A DNA stretch of 55,729 nucleotides from Octopus bimaculoides (GCF_001194135.2 NC_068987.1:21888775-21944503), one strand, 5' to 3'. Shown: positions 24,191 to 36,934, numbered from the stretch's first letter. Numbers and translations: made by a program. The notes: a model not told the origin generated them from the sequence alone.

Positions 24191-24457
24191 GCAATGAAGT
24201 GATTGTTAGGGGTGAATGTTATTGCTGTTTTATTGCAGAGGTAAGAAACACAAAGATCATCTTATGTTTAATGAGGATGTAGTTAATTGCCAGCTTTTTG
24301 AAAGTATATATGTATTTCAGCCATGTAACCACATGCGCTGTTTGTGAAATTTTTCCTTCTCTGGACTTTTCTGTTTCCCTTTCAGATGAAGACCAATGCT
24401 CAGAAATTTACAAACCCACTATTTTTACCACCTATACTGAGCATCAAACTGATATAT

Positions 24458-25070
24458 TCTCGCTCAGAGTAAAAGGCAGACTGTATGACGTATGTATACG
24501 AACCGTCATGCTACATGGCAGTGAAACATGGGCCGTGACTGCTGAGGACATGTGTAAGCTCGCAAGAAACGAAGCCAGTATGCTTCGATGGATGTGTAAT
24601 GTCAGTGTGCATACTCGACAGAGTGTAAGTCCTTTGAGAGAAAAGTTAGACCTAAGAAGCATCAGTTGTGGTGTGCAAGAGAGACGATTGCGCTGGTATG
24701 GGCATGTGGCAAGAATGGATGAGGATAGCTGTGTGAAAAAGTGCCACACCCTAGTGGTTGAGGGAAACTGTGGAAGAGGTAGACCCAGCGAGGTCGTTGT
24801 CAGTGCTGCTTGACTGGCTCCTGTGCAGGTGGCATGTAAAAAACACCATTTTGAGCGTGCATGTTGCCAGTACCGCCTGACTGGTCCTCGTGCCAGTGGC
24901 ATGTAAAAGCACCCACTACACTCTCGGAGTGGTTGGCGTTAAGAAGGGCATCCAGCTGTAGAAACTGCCAGATCAGATTGGAGCCTGGTGCAGCCATCCG
25001 GTTCACCAGTCAAATCGTTCAACCCATGCTAGCATAGAAAGCGGACGTTAAACGATGATGGTGATGATGA
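24458..25070 (+). mobile_element. 5'-truncated RTE LINE: C-terminal ORF plus 3'UTR (family B) plus (GAT)n tail, internally deleted
   Basis: SLRVKGRLYDVCIRTVMLHGSETWAVT...RRLRWYGHVARMDEDSCVKKC..VEGNCGRGRP is a typical RTE C-terminus. It joins the B 3' end at about 24789. Confidence 0.93.
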
Positions 25071-25120
25071 CATATATACATATATATATATATACACAAA
25101 CATATATATATACATATATA

Positions 25121-25164
<44 letters not shown>

Positions 25165-25717
25165 TATAGGAGTATATGTATATGTGTATATATATATGGG
25201 AGAATATATATATATGTGTGTGTGTGTTTATATATACAAACACAGATGCACATATATATTGATATTCAGATATATTATATAACAATAAGATAAATAACAG
25301 CTGACACAAATATATATATTGCTACCATTCCTCCCATTCACATACCCAAATGTGTGTATGTGTGTGTGTGTGTATGTGTGTGTGTTTCTGTGTGTGTCTA
25401 TATATCACATAGATATATTTATTTTTTACATACACACACATTATCACGATCTTCATCTTAAACTATATAAACTACAAGAACATGTATATTATCAAGACTC
25501 TTGACGTCAATCGCATATGCACCACCTTCACCGCCACTACAATCAACGCCACCACCCTTACTACCGTTACTACCACTACTACTACTGATGTCATTACTAT
25601 CACTACTACTACCACCATAAGTAGTACCCCCCTCCCACCAATCACTAATACCACTACCAACAGCGTCAATTGCACCACAACCGTTTGTCATTATCTTTTC
25701 CAACAATGCCAACATCA

Positions 25718-26023
25718 ATGAGGGAGTCGAGTCAATGAGGGAGTTGAACCAATGAGTGGATCAAACCAATAACGAAGTCAGACCAATGAGGGAGTCAAAC
25801 AAATGAGGGAGTCAAGGCTATGAGGTAGTCACAGCAATAAGGGAGTCAAAGCAATGAGGGAGTCAAGGCTATGAGGTAGTCACAGCAATAAGGGAGTCAC
25901 AGCAATGAGGGAATCAAGGCTGTGAGGTAGTCACAGCAATAAGGGAGTCAAAGCAATGAGGGAATCAAAGGACTGACAAAGTCAAAGCAACGAGGGAACT
26001 GAACCAGTAAGAGAGGTGATTCA
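25718..26023. repeat. 17-bp minisatellite, 18 units, with a 51-bp higher-order repeat x3
   Basis: Unit ATGAGGGAGTCAAAGCA; higher-order repeat at 25803-25955. Confidence 0.93.
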
Positions 26024-26164
26024 ACAAGGAATCCTCTACATGGTTGTTTGACTTGCTAGAATTAGCAACCGAATTTCCTTCAAATTAATTAGCAAACTAA
26101 TCTACAATAAATTGTTTTGCTTTTATTTTATTTTATTCTGAAGGACCTGAATTCTCATGATCTT

Positions 26165-26650
26165 TAAGTTTGATATGGTGAGACCAATGAGAGAAATAAT
26201 GCACCAGCTGGGCCTGTGCTAAAAGAAAGAAAGATAATAACAACTGGTTCAAGGGACTGTAAATTTCTGAGAATCCAAGAGATCATCCTGTGAGCTACAC
26301 TAACTTTTTTATTGATATAAGCAGCTCGCCAATTGAAGTTGCTGTTGGCAAGTTATTCTTAAGTCTCTGATATTGTTAAACACCATGAGAGAGTCTCCAA
26401 ATGAAAGAGAATACAACTGTTTAAGTACATCCTCTTTCCCAAAGTGGATCAACTCAAATTACTCCTTGTTTAGCAATAAGATTGTTAAATTTTGTCCATT
26501 AATTTACAGAATGTAGGTCATATTAGAGTTTTTATCTGGTTATCTTTTCTGTTGTCAATAACTTTCTGAAGCTTAGAGCCATCTGTATCCATTTATATTC
26601 TAATGTGTTTGATGACATTTTTAATGTTGTTTACATAAAGCATGAATAAG
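26165..26650 (-). pseudogene. Degraded CR1/L2-type LINE RT C-terminal fragment
   Basis: FLFMLYVNNIKNVIKHIRI*MDTDGSKLQKVI.../E*FELIHFGKEDVLKQLYSL...NNIRDLRI/INKKVSVAHRMISWILRNLQS. The FADD motif has decayed to MDTDG. Confidence 0.7.
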
Positions 26651-26798
26651 AAGCTAGAATTAACACAGTAATGCAACCACTTCAGCATTTGTTCCTGAGA
26701 AGAAGTTGGACAAAAGCCAAACTCACAATCTTCAATTTAGTTTCCATGTCTATTCTCACCTATATTCATGGAAGTTGGGTAATTACTGAGAAAGTAGA

Positions 26799-27180
26799 AT
26801 GGCAAATACACATGGCCAAAATAGGATTCCTCAGAGGGCCCCTGAAGTAATGTTACTCACCAGGGTACGAAGCTCGGAGTTCATGGAAATTCCCCAGGTC
26901 AAGCTGTTACTTCTCCGCATTCAGAGATCACAGCACCGATGCTATAGACATGTGATTAGAATATCGCAGGAAAGAAACACAAGATGGATTTTACAAGCCA
27001 AGCCAACCAGCAGGAAGTCAAAGGGTAAACCAAGAACAACATGGTGGGATAATATTCGCAGTCTAGGCTGGTAATGCTTGGGAATTCAGCTGGAAAGTCT
27101 GATGATGGTTGTTTCTGATAAGACCCTATAAAGGAGTATATGAGGACTCTACCCCAACAACCCTCCCAGAAATAGTGTGG
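26799..27180 (+). pseudogene. Degraded RTE (second lineage) C-terminal fragment
   Basis: RVRSSEFMEIPQVKLLLLRIQRSQHRCYRHVIRISQERNTRWILQAKPTSRKSKGKPRTTWWDNI matches the RTE pattern RSQLRWxGHVxRM..GRRPRGRPRTRW.D.I. Confidence 0.8.
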
Positions 27181-27553
27181 GGAGTGGGGAGTGGGGAGAT
27201 GGATAGATGAATGAAGTGATGTGGACCCAACACAGAGTGACATAAGAGCCAAACCAATAAATTATGCTGGGCTTGAGTGGATTCAGTTGGTCACATGTTT
27301 GGTCAAACATACCAGGAAAAACTAAATCCAGTGCAGTATATGCTATCTTTTACTTTCTACTTGTTTTAGTCATTAGACTGTGGCCATACTAGGGCATCAC
27401 CTTGAAGAACTTTTAGTCAAATGAATCAACCCCAATCCCATGGCGTTGTGGGTCCTGTCAAATCATTTGACTTAGGGCAGCATGGGCAAACAGACATTAA
27501 ATGAAGATGATGATGATGATGATGAACAACGATGATGATGATGCTATATTGCC

Positions 27554-27587
<34 letters not shown>

Positions 27588-28278
27588 ACAGGGAGAGAGG
27601 TGAGAGACAGAGAGACAGACAGATTAAGCCAAGTGGAGAGAAAGAGAAAGAGAGAGAGAAAGAGAGAAATAGTTACACAAACAAAAAGACAGACAGACAG
27701 ACACACAAGGTTAGACTGATAGACAGGCAAACAGGTAGATGGACAGATAATAAGAGACATTCCTTCAAGAATGCAAGATGTTTTCTTCTGGTAAGAATTT
27801 CCATTTGGAAAATACCAGAACTGTCTTTGTGAAGTAGCAGCAGCAACAACAACAACAACACTAAATAACAGCAGTGACAACATCAACCACAACAACAACA
27901 ATAAGAACTGCAGTAACAACAACCGCAGCAGCTGTAACAGCATAGATTTGGAAATGTGTGTGTGTGTGTGTGTGTGTGTTTGGGGTTGCTTGCAGGAGTA
28001 GTGCACAGAGGAGGAGGGAGAGGATATCAGGGACAATAACTGTGTTTATGATAATGATAATGATGATTGTTACTGCCAGATCAAGAAGGGATAAGATTAA
28101 AAGGAGTAATGATGGTGATGATGATGATAACAATAAAGATAATGGTGGTGATGATGATGATTATAATAACGACACGACAATGATAATGGTGATGACAATG
28201 ATGACTAATGATAATGATGATAGTGATGTCAATAATGATGATGATGACAGTTCTGATGGTGATAGTGGTGATGATGAG

Positions 28279-28309
<31 letters not shown>

Positions 28310-28624
28310 ACAAAGAAGAGAAATAGCTTTCCCATCCCCCCACCGTCTGAATCCTACTAATCAATACTACACACCCACACACGATACAATCTGAGCCAAG
28401 TCACTTTTGTAGTATCAGCAACATCAATATCACCATCACTATCATCATCATTACCATTGTCATCATCGTCATCATCATCATCATCATCATCATCATCACC
28501 ATTCACTACAAAAAGCAGCATCAATAACTTTCGAGATTTTATGGTTATTTATGGAAATACAATTTATTATTCATGAGAAAATGACTCAACACAACAAAAA
28601 CAACAACAAGCATTTGCATAATAG

Positions 28625-28900
28625 TAATAATGATAATAATAATCCTTTCTACTATAGGCACAAGGTCTGAAATTGGGGGGGGGGTCACTCGATTACATTA
28701 ATGCCAGTGCTCAATTAGTACTTCTTTCATTAAAGGCCAAATCTGAACTTGGCTGAATTTGAACTCAGAACATAAATGACTGGATGAAATGCCGTTAAGC
28801 ATTTTGTCTGGCATGCCAATAATTCTGTCTTAAAATGGTTTAAATTTTGGCACAATGCCAGAAATTTTAGAGGGTTAGTTGATTACATCATCATCAGGGA
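28625..28900 (-). mobile_element. Two adjacent family D SINE copies (second partial)
   Basis: AATCCTTTCTACTATAGGCACAAGG...GAATTTGAACTCAG, followed by AATGGTTTAAATTTTGGCACAATGCCAG. Confidence 0.75.
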
Positions 28901-29487
28901 GGGGACTAGNNNNNNNNNNNNNNNNNNNNNNNNNNNNNNNNNNNNNNNNNNNNNNNNNNNNNNNNNNNNNNNNNNNNNNNNNNNNNNNNNNNNNNNNNNN
29001 NNNNNNNNNNNNNNNNNNNNNNNNNNNNNNNNNNNNNNNNNNNNNNNNNNNNNNNNNNNNNNNNNNNNNNNNNNNNNNNNNNNNNNNNNNNNNNNNNNNN
29101 NNNNNNNNNNNNNNNNNNNNNNNNNNNNNNNNNNNNNNNNNNNNNNNNNNNNNNNNNNNNNNNNNNNNNNNNNNNNNNNNNNNNNNNNNNNNNNNNNNNN
29201 NNNNNNNNNNNNNNNNNNNNNNNNNNNNNNNNNNNNNNNNNNNNNNNNNNNNNNNNNNNNNNNNNNNNNNNNNNNNNNNNNNNNNNNNNNNNNNNNNNNN
29301 NNNNNNNNNNNNNNNNNNNNNNNNNNNNNNNNNNNNNNNNNNNNNNNNNNNNNNNNNNNNNNNNNNNNNNNNNNNNNNNNNNNNNNNNNNNNNNNNNNNN
29401 NNNNNNNNNNNNNNNNNNNNNNNNNNNNNNNNNNNNNNNNNNNNNNNNNNNNNNNNNNNNNNNNNNNNNNNNNNNNNNNNNNNNNNN

Positions 29488-29840
29488 GTAGTGGGGGAGC
29501 ATCATAGCCATATGTTGAGAGGAATTCTTAGGGGTTTGAATAATTCACCTTTGGAAACATGGGTGTTTTGCTCAACATCCTTAAACAAACCTTATTCAGG
29601 GTCCTTTTGAGCGGGATGGGCTACCCGACCTGAAGAAAATTCTAACTGGGCCCCATCTGCGAGGTCATGCACTGTTTATCTTGATATGAGATCACCATGT
29701 CGCGCATGTATGGTTGTGATGCATGTGCCTGGTGTACCCTTATCAGACGGGTAGTCATGATGGGTATATTGGGCTTCGTATATTTTACCCCAGTGTCACT
29801 TTGATGGCACTGCTCTCTCACTCAATAATAATAATAATAA
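29488..29840 (+). mobile_element. Unclassified retroposon 3' end with (AAT)n tail
   Basis: GC-richer block ending CTCTCTCACTC(AAT)n and cut by a gap; no ORF recognised. Confidence 0.45.
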
Positions 29841-30255
29841 TAATCCTTTCTATCATAGGCACAAGGCCTGAAATTTTAGGGGAGGAGACTAGTTGATTAC
29901 ATTGGCTCCCAGAATTTCACTGGTACTTAATTTATTGACTCCAAAAGGCTGAAAGGCAAAGTTGACCTCGGCAGGAATTGAACTCAAAACGTAGCAACAG
30001 GTGAAATACTACTAAGCATTTCATCCAGCGTGTTAACAATACTGCCATCCTGCCACTTTTTAATAATGATTTCACATTAGCAATTTCAGGGGAGCAGGTA
30101 AGATGATTACATCGACCCCAGCACTCAACAGCTACTGAAAGGGTGAAAGGCAAAAATTGACCACAGCAGAATTTGAACCCAGAATGTTAAGACAGGTGAA
30201 CTACCACCTCGCATTTTGTCTGGCACAGTAATGATTCTGCCAGCTTGCTGCCTGT
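29841..30255 (-). mobile_element. Two tandem family D SINE copies
   Basis: Two GAAAGG..GAAAGGCAAA...TTGAAC cores at about 29950 and 30140. Confidence 0.8.
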
Positions 30256-31699
30256 TCAAATTTTCTCATGGAGTTAAAACAAAAGAGGATGATAATTCCT
30301 TAGAAAGACAGGACCTCACAGCCCTACACTGATCATGTTATGATGATCATGCTAGTGGTGGTTTCATGATAGTTGTGATGGTGGTGGTGGTGGTGGTGGT
30401 GTTGGTGACAGTGGTGGTGTAGGTGCTGTTGGTGGTGCTCTTGGAGGTGTTGGTAAAGGTGGTTTTGGTGGTAATATGATGTTAGTATTAGTGGTGGAGG
30501 ACATGATACTAGTGTTATGATGGTTGTGTTGTGATGATGATGATTACATTGGTGGTGATGGTGTTGGTGTTAATTGTGTTGTCTTGTTGCAGTTAGATGA
30601 TAATGATAATGATGATGATGATAATGATGACAGCAACAGGCACAATGATGGCAATGATGATGATGATGATGACGATAAAGATGATGACAATGAATTATTA
30701 AGATAAACTGCTGCTCTATTGCGGGTTGTTCTGGTGTGTACCAGGGATAGACAAGGCCTTTAATTTTTGGTACTGTTAACTGAATGTCACGGTATGTCCA
30801 AATATAGATAACATTTGGGAGAAGGGGAAGATATGAAGAAAATCAAATACACGAGCACACACAAACATGAGCAGCTTATATATGCATATGTAAATGAAAA
30901 CACACNNNNNNNNNNNNNNNNNNNNNNNNNNNNNNNNNNNNNNNNNNNNNNNNNNNNNNNNNNNNNNNNNNNNNNNNNNNNNNNNNNNNNNNNNNNNNNN
31001 NNNNNNNNNNNNNNNNNNNNNNNNNNNNNNNNNNNNNNNNNNNNNNNNNNNNNNNNNNNNNNNNNNNNNNNNNNNNNNNNNNNNNNNNNNNNNNNNNNNN
31101 NNNNNNNNNNNNNNNNNNNNNNNNNNNNNNNNNNNNNNNNNNNNNNNNNNNNNNNNNNNNNNNNNNNNNNNNNNNNNNNNNNNNNNNNNNNNNNNNNNNN
31201 NNNNNNNNNNNNNNNNNNNNNNNNNNNNNNNNNNNNNNNNNNNNNNNNNNNNNNNNNNNNNNNNNNNNNNNNNNNNNNNNNNNNNNNNNNNNNNNNNNNN
31301 NNNNNNNNNNNNNNNNNNNNNNNNNNNNNNNNNNNNNNNNNNNNNNNNNNNNNNNNNNNNNNNNNNNNNNNNNNNNNNNNNNNNNNNNNNNNNNNNNNNN
31401 NNNNNNNNNNNNNNNNNNNNNNNNNNNNNNNNNNNNNNNNNNNNNNNNNNNNNNNNNNNNNNNNNNNNNNNNNNNNNNNNNNNNNNNNNNNNNNNNNNNN
31501 NNNNNNNNNNNNNNNNNNNNNNNNNNNNNNNNNNNNNNNNNNNNNNNNNNNNNNNNNNNNNNNNNNNNNNNNNNNNNNNNNNNNNNNNNNNNNNNNNNNN
31601 NNNNNNNNNNNNNNNNNNNNNNNNNNNNNNNNNNNNNNNNNNNNNNNNNNNNNNNNNNNNNNNNNNNNNNNNNNNNATATATACGTAGTCCTTTAGGGC

Positions 31700-31903
31700 C
31701 CTTGCTGGTGCCTTGTAAAAAGCACATGAGTTGACGCCACATAAAAAAGCACCCAGCACATTCTGTAAAGTGGTTGGCATTAGGAAAGGCTTCCAGCTGT
31801 AGAAATCATGTCAAAACAGACAACTGGAGTCTGGTGCAGTTCTCCAGCTGACCAGCTCCTGTCAAACTGTCCAATCCATGCCAGCATAGAAAACAGACAT
31901 TAA

Positions 31904-31935
<32 letters not shown>

Positions 31936-31945
31936 AATAATGATG
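31700..31945 (+). mobile_element. Old B-like RTE 3'-end copy with (GAT)n tail
   Basis: AAAGCACCCAGCACATTCTGTAAAGTGGTTGGCATTAGG...CAGACATTAAATGATGATG. Confidence 0.8.
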
Positions 31946-33004
31946 GCACTAATGACAGGCCCCTTTCAGTTTCTGTCTATCAAATCCGCTCACAAGGCTT
32001 TGGTCGACTTGAGGCTATTGTAAAAGACACTTACCCAAGGTACCACGAAATGGGACCAAACCCAGAACCTTACTGGTATTTGTAAACTTGGAATTCTAGT
32101 AGAAGACATGAAGACATTTGCACAAGGTGCCATAGAGTAGGAATGCAGGCCAAAGTCCCACGAGTTGCCAAGTGAAAATCTTAAACTACACAACCATATG
32201 TGTACCTATTCTCTTAATAATTGCTAAAAGTCACAGCAATTGGCTCCTGCAGCTTGGGACGTCACTTTGTATAATTTGCAAGATATCAAAGCTGATGACA
32301 TGACAGCTGAAACTTATATAGGTGTTGTACCACATTTTTTGTTGATGTCTGCTGTGACTTAGACTGAAACAACAGAGGTATTGTAGTCAGTCTTTGAAGT
32401 GACATATGTTATTGTGGATGTTGTAGTAGTCGGTATTAACCAGTCAGTGTTTACAAAGCCTTGCTTGACACACAAGGCAGTATGAGATAAAATCCCAGTA
32501 AAATTTTAATGGTTGAACAAACCTTGTTCTTTTCTTTCTTTTTATCACCACCACAATTGCTGTCGCCAACACCACCATCACCATCATCAGCAGCAGCAGT
32601 AGCACAAATGCCACCACCACCACCACCATTGCCACCAGACATCTTCCTCCTACAGCCACCCACACCACCACACTTTGTCAATAAGAGCAAACAATTAACC
32701 CAGTGAATAGGAAAAGTGCACACACGGTCACATGATGTGTGACAGATGACCAGATTTAACAATAATAACAATAGCAACAAAGATGACAACAATGACAGCA
32801 ACAAAGCAACAATGGTGCTTCTGCTTGGCTGGTCGACCTGCTAGAACAAGCAGTCAAATCCTCCTCAAATAACACACTGCTGCCTTCAAAGAAACAAAAA
32901 GACCAGTCACCTCCACCACCACCACCACCACCACCACAACTGTCATTGTCGTCGTCACCATCATCATCATCATCATTATCGTCGTCATTATCATCATTGT
33001 CCAT

Positions 33005-33665
33005 CATCGTCATCATCATCATTGTTGTTATTTTAATGTCCCCTTTTCCACATGAGTTGCATGAAATTTTTTGAGATGCAGTTTCTATGATTGAATGTCC
33101 TTCCTGTTGCCAGTTCTCACCCGTTTCAAAATAAGGTAATATTTTCCCCTACAACCAGACATGTTTTCATGGAAGATTGAAAATTAATGACACTGCTTGT
33201 ATAATGGTGACACTTGTTTACAACTATCATGTCTAATATCAAGACAAGGAAACAGTAACATGCATGCACGTACACACAGTAGGCGGCGAGCTGGCAGAAA
33301 TGTTAGCACGCCGGGTGAAATGCTTAGCGGTATTTCGTCTGCCGCTACATTCTGAGTTCAAATTCCGCCGAGGTCGACTTTGCCTTTCATCCTTTCGGGG
33401 TCGATTACATAAGTACCAGTTACGCACTGGGGTCGATATAATCGACTTAATCCGTTTGTCTGTCTTTGTTTGTCCCCTCTGTGTGTAGCCCCTTGTGGGT
33501 AGTAAAGAAATAACACGCATACACACACACACACACACGCACACACGCACACACACACACACGATGGGCTTTTTTCAGATTCCGCCTACCAAATCCACTC
33601 ACAAGACTTTGGTAAACTCAGAACTATAATAGAATAACGCTGGCCCAAGGTACCACACAGTGGAA
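33005..33665 (-). mobile_element. Composite SINE: A-type head, (TG)n, then C body; interrupted by a young D SINE
   Basis: A head at 33560-33665, C body at 33005-33255, D insertion in the internal microsatellite. Confidence 0.75.
33281..33512 (+). mobile_element. tRNA-derived SINE family D, young full-length copy
   Basis: A-box-like TGGCAGAAATG and B-box GAGTTCAAATTCC; CpG-rich. Confidence 0.92.
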
Positions 33666-33780
33666 CCATGGCTGTCTTAACAGCATTATAGGCCTCCAGG
33701 CAAATCAATGCATGGGGCCCTATAGTATCTATTTACTGAGAGCAAGCCACAGCATACATAGATGAGAATTGGGCCCTTAC
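33665..33780 (-). mobile_element. Right end of the hAT-like MITE seen at 7506-7620
   Basis: Reverse complement GGGCCCAATTCTCATCTATGTATGCTG...TATAATGCTGTTAAGACAGCC aligns with 7512-7620. Confidence 0.7.
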
Positions 33781-33984
33781 TTGGAAACGAGTGAGGATTA
33801 GTGACAGGAAGAGCATCCAGTCACAGAAAGTTCACCTCAACAAAAATTTAGTCCAATCTATGTAAGCTTGGAAAATTAATGATGATGATTATATATATAT
33901 ATACATATATATGTAAGTATGTATAATATATATACGTCCAACCCATGCTAGTATGAAAAACAGAGGTTAAATGATGGTGTGATG

Positions 33985-34055
<71 letters not shown>

Positions 34056-34155
34056 NNNNNNNNNNNNNNNNNNNNNNNNNNNNNNNNNNNNNNNNNNNNN
34101 NNNNNNNNNNNNNNNNNNNNNNNNNNNNNNNNNNNNNNNNNNNNNNNNNNNNNNN

Positions 34156-34214
<59 letters not shown>

Positions 34215-34387
34215 TAATTTTCATTCTAAGTCATTAACATTGTGATAAAAACATAAAAGCCCAAAGAAATTTTTCAGAATTTCTTATTTTTAAATATAAA
34301 GTGGTTACTCATTCTGTAATAGCCTTCTTTATCTTTTGGTAGGTTTTATAAATAAGTATGATTATTTTTGGTTGTGACTATCAGCTG

Positions 34388-34950
34388 GTAGTTAACTTCA
34401 ATGCGGTCTTGACAAATAGCACTTAACTTCAATATGGCCTTGTCACATGACAGCTAACTTTAGTGTGACCTTACCAGTCAGCAGATAACTTTAATATGGC
34501 CTTGTCTGATAGCAGTTATCTTCAATGTGGCCTTGCCACATGCCAGTTAAATTCAATGAGAGCATGTCAGATGTGGCAGTTGACTTCATAGTGGCCTCAT
34601 TGTATAGCAGTTAACATCAAGCAGTCAACTTCAATGTGGCCTTGTCATATAGCAGTTAACTTCAATGTGGCCTTGCCAGATGGCAGTTAACTTCATGTGA
34701 GCATGTCTGATGGCAGTAATCTCCAATGTGGCCTTGCCAGATGGCAGTTAAATTCAATGAGAACATGTCAGATAGCAATTAACTTCATAGTGGCCCTATC
34801 ATATAGCAGTTAACATCAAGCAGTAAATTTCAATGTGAGCTCGTCAGATGGCAGTTGACTTCAATGTGGCCTTCTCAGATGATTGTGGCCTTGCCAGAAG
34901 GCAGTTAACTTTTAATGTAGCCTTGTCCAATAATAGTTAATTTCAATGTG
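34388..34950. repeat. 31-bp minisatellite (about 18 units) with an internal duplication of about 190 bp
   Basis: Unit GCAGTTAACTTCAATGTGGCCTTGYCAGATG. The variant block containing a 14-bp short unit GCAGTTAACATCAA occurs twice (about 34608 and 34806). Confidence 0.9.
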
Positions 34951-35066
34951 TTCTCCTAACATAAAAAAATTCCTCACATCTGTACTAACCTGTTGAAAAA
35001 ACTTTCCGAAGATTATATGTTTTCAAGCCTTTAGGATGCAGTTTGAGTGAGATTTGCCCTCTAGCA

Positions 35067-35223
35067 CAGTAGTTCCCAACCTGTAGTCTGGTGATCCACA
35101 AAGGTAGTACTTGTGGGGTCTAGGAACATGTTAAGCTGACAGACTTTTCAATACCCTGGGGTCCATAGAAAAACTCATCTAAATAAAAGAGATCTTTGGT
35201 AATGAAAAGGTTGGAAACCACTG
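35067..35223. mobile_element. hAT (Charlie-type) MITE, 157 bp
   Basis: TIRs CAGTAGTTCCCAACCT / AGGTTGGAAACCACTG; perfect 8-bp TSD CTCTAGCA (35059-35066 and 35224-35231). Confidence 0.93.
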
Positions 35224-35694
35224 CTCTAGCAGGTCCAGCAAGAGGCCTCCTTATTGGCTTGCTATAGTACCAGTTAACTACTGGGTAGATTTAAACATAT
35301 TTTGAATGGTGAAAGCAAAGAGGTTGGTTCAAAACTTATTTCTTTGTCAGTGCATAATGATGTTTGATTTTTCATTTCTGCATACTTGTCCATTTGTTTG
35401 TAGTTGTTGTTCTTATTACTATTATTGTTGTAGGTACTATAGCTGTTGTTACTGTTGTAGATGCCACTATTGTTGTTGCTGAATCATTTCGTCACAACGA
35501 TTATTCATCCTTTATTGTGAGTCATGTGACATGTGAAAGAGAGATAGATAGAGAGAGAGAGAGACTAAAAGTGAGCAAATGTGTAGAAAGCAAGAGAGGG
35601 AGAAATAGGGTGAGAGGGATGAAGAGAAGAAAGAAAATAATGTGAACAAGATGGAGAATGAGGTAGAAAAGAGACAGACAGGAAAGAGAGCTTT

Positions 35695-35938
35695 GAGTGA
35701 AATTAACATGCAAGTGGCTGAGCACTCCACAGACACATGTACCCTTCTCGTAGCTCTCAGGGAGATTCAGCGTGACACAGAGTGACAAGGCTGGCCCTTT
35801 GAAATACAGGTACTACTCATTTTTGCCAGCAACGTGAAATAAAGTGTCTCGCTGAAGGACACAACGCGTCACTGGGAATTGAACTAGCGACTTTACGATC
35901 GTGAGCCAAATGCCCAAACCACTAAGCCACGCGCCTTC
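35695..35938 (-). mobile_element. tRNA-derived SINE family E
   Basis: Reverse-complement head GAAGGCGCGTGGCTTAGTGGTTTGGG...AGTTCAATTCCCAG (A and B boxes). Confidence 0.88.
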
Positions 35939-36883
35939 ACTATGTATACATACATACATATACATNNNNNNNNNNNNNNNNNNNNNNNNNNNNNNNNNNN
36001 NNNNNNNNNNNNNNNNNNNNNNNNNNNNNNNNNNNNNNNNNNNNNNNNNNNNNNNNNNNNNNNNNNNNNNNNNNNNNNNNNNNNNNNNNNNNNNNNNNNN
36101 NNNNNNNNNNNNNNNNNNNNNNNNNNNNNNNNNNNNNNNNNNNNNNNNNNNNNNNNNNNNNNNNNNNNNNNNNNNNNNNNNNNNNNNNNNNNNNNNNNNN
36201 NNNNNNNNNNNNNNNNNNNNNNNNNNNNNNNNNNNNNNNNNNNNNNNNNNNNNNNNNNNNNNNNNNNNNNNNNNNNNNNNNNNNNNNNNNNNNNNNNNNN
36301 NNNNNNNNNNNNNNNNNNNNNNNNNNNNNNNNNNNNNNNNNNNNNNNNNNNNNNNNNNNNNNNNNNNNNNNNNNNNNNNNNNNNNNNNNNNNNNNNNNNN
36401 NNNNNNNNNNNNNNNNNNNNNNNNNNNNNNNNNNNNNNNNNNNNNNNNNNNNNNNNNNNNNNNNNNNNNNNNNNNNNNNNNNNNNNNNNNNNNNNNNNNN
36501 NNNNNNNNNNNNNNNNNNNNNNNNNNNNNNNNNNNNNNNNNNNNNNNNNNNNNNNNNNNNNNNNNNNNNNNNNNNNNNNNNNNNNNNNNNNNNNNNNNNN
36601 NNNNNNNNNNNNNNNNNNNNNNNNNNNNNNNNNNNNNNNNNNNNNNNNNNNNNNNNNNNNNNNNNNNNNNNNNNNNNNNNNNNNNNNNNNNNNNNNNNNN
36701 NNNNNNNNNNNNNNNNNNNNNNNNNNNNNNNNNNNNNNNNNNNNNNNNNNNNNNNNNNNNNNNNNNNNNNNNNNNNNNNNNNNNNNNNNNNNNNNNNNNN
36801 NNNNNNNNNNNNNNNNNNNNNNNNNNNNNNNNNNNNNNNNNNNNNNNNNNNNNNNNNNNNNNNNNNNNNNNNNNNNNNNNNNN

Positions 36884-36934
<51 letters not shown>

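Noticed and set aside
25718-26023. Regularly spaced repeats as a CRISPR array (also 34388 and 49790)
   Set aside because: Contiguous tandem units with no unique spacers; eukaryotic context; no cas genes.
33281-33380. SINE heads as tRNA genes (also 35870-35938, 38090-38163, 39010-39079)
   Set aside because: A and B boxes are present, but no complete cloverleaf; they continue into SINE bodies.
33985-34212. (GT)n and (CA)n facing each other as a large hairpin
   Set aside because: Separated by a 100-N gap, so relative orientation and distance are unreliable.
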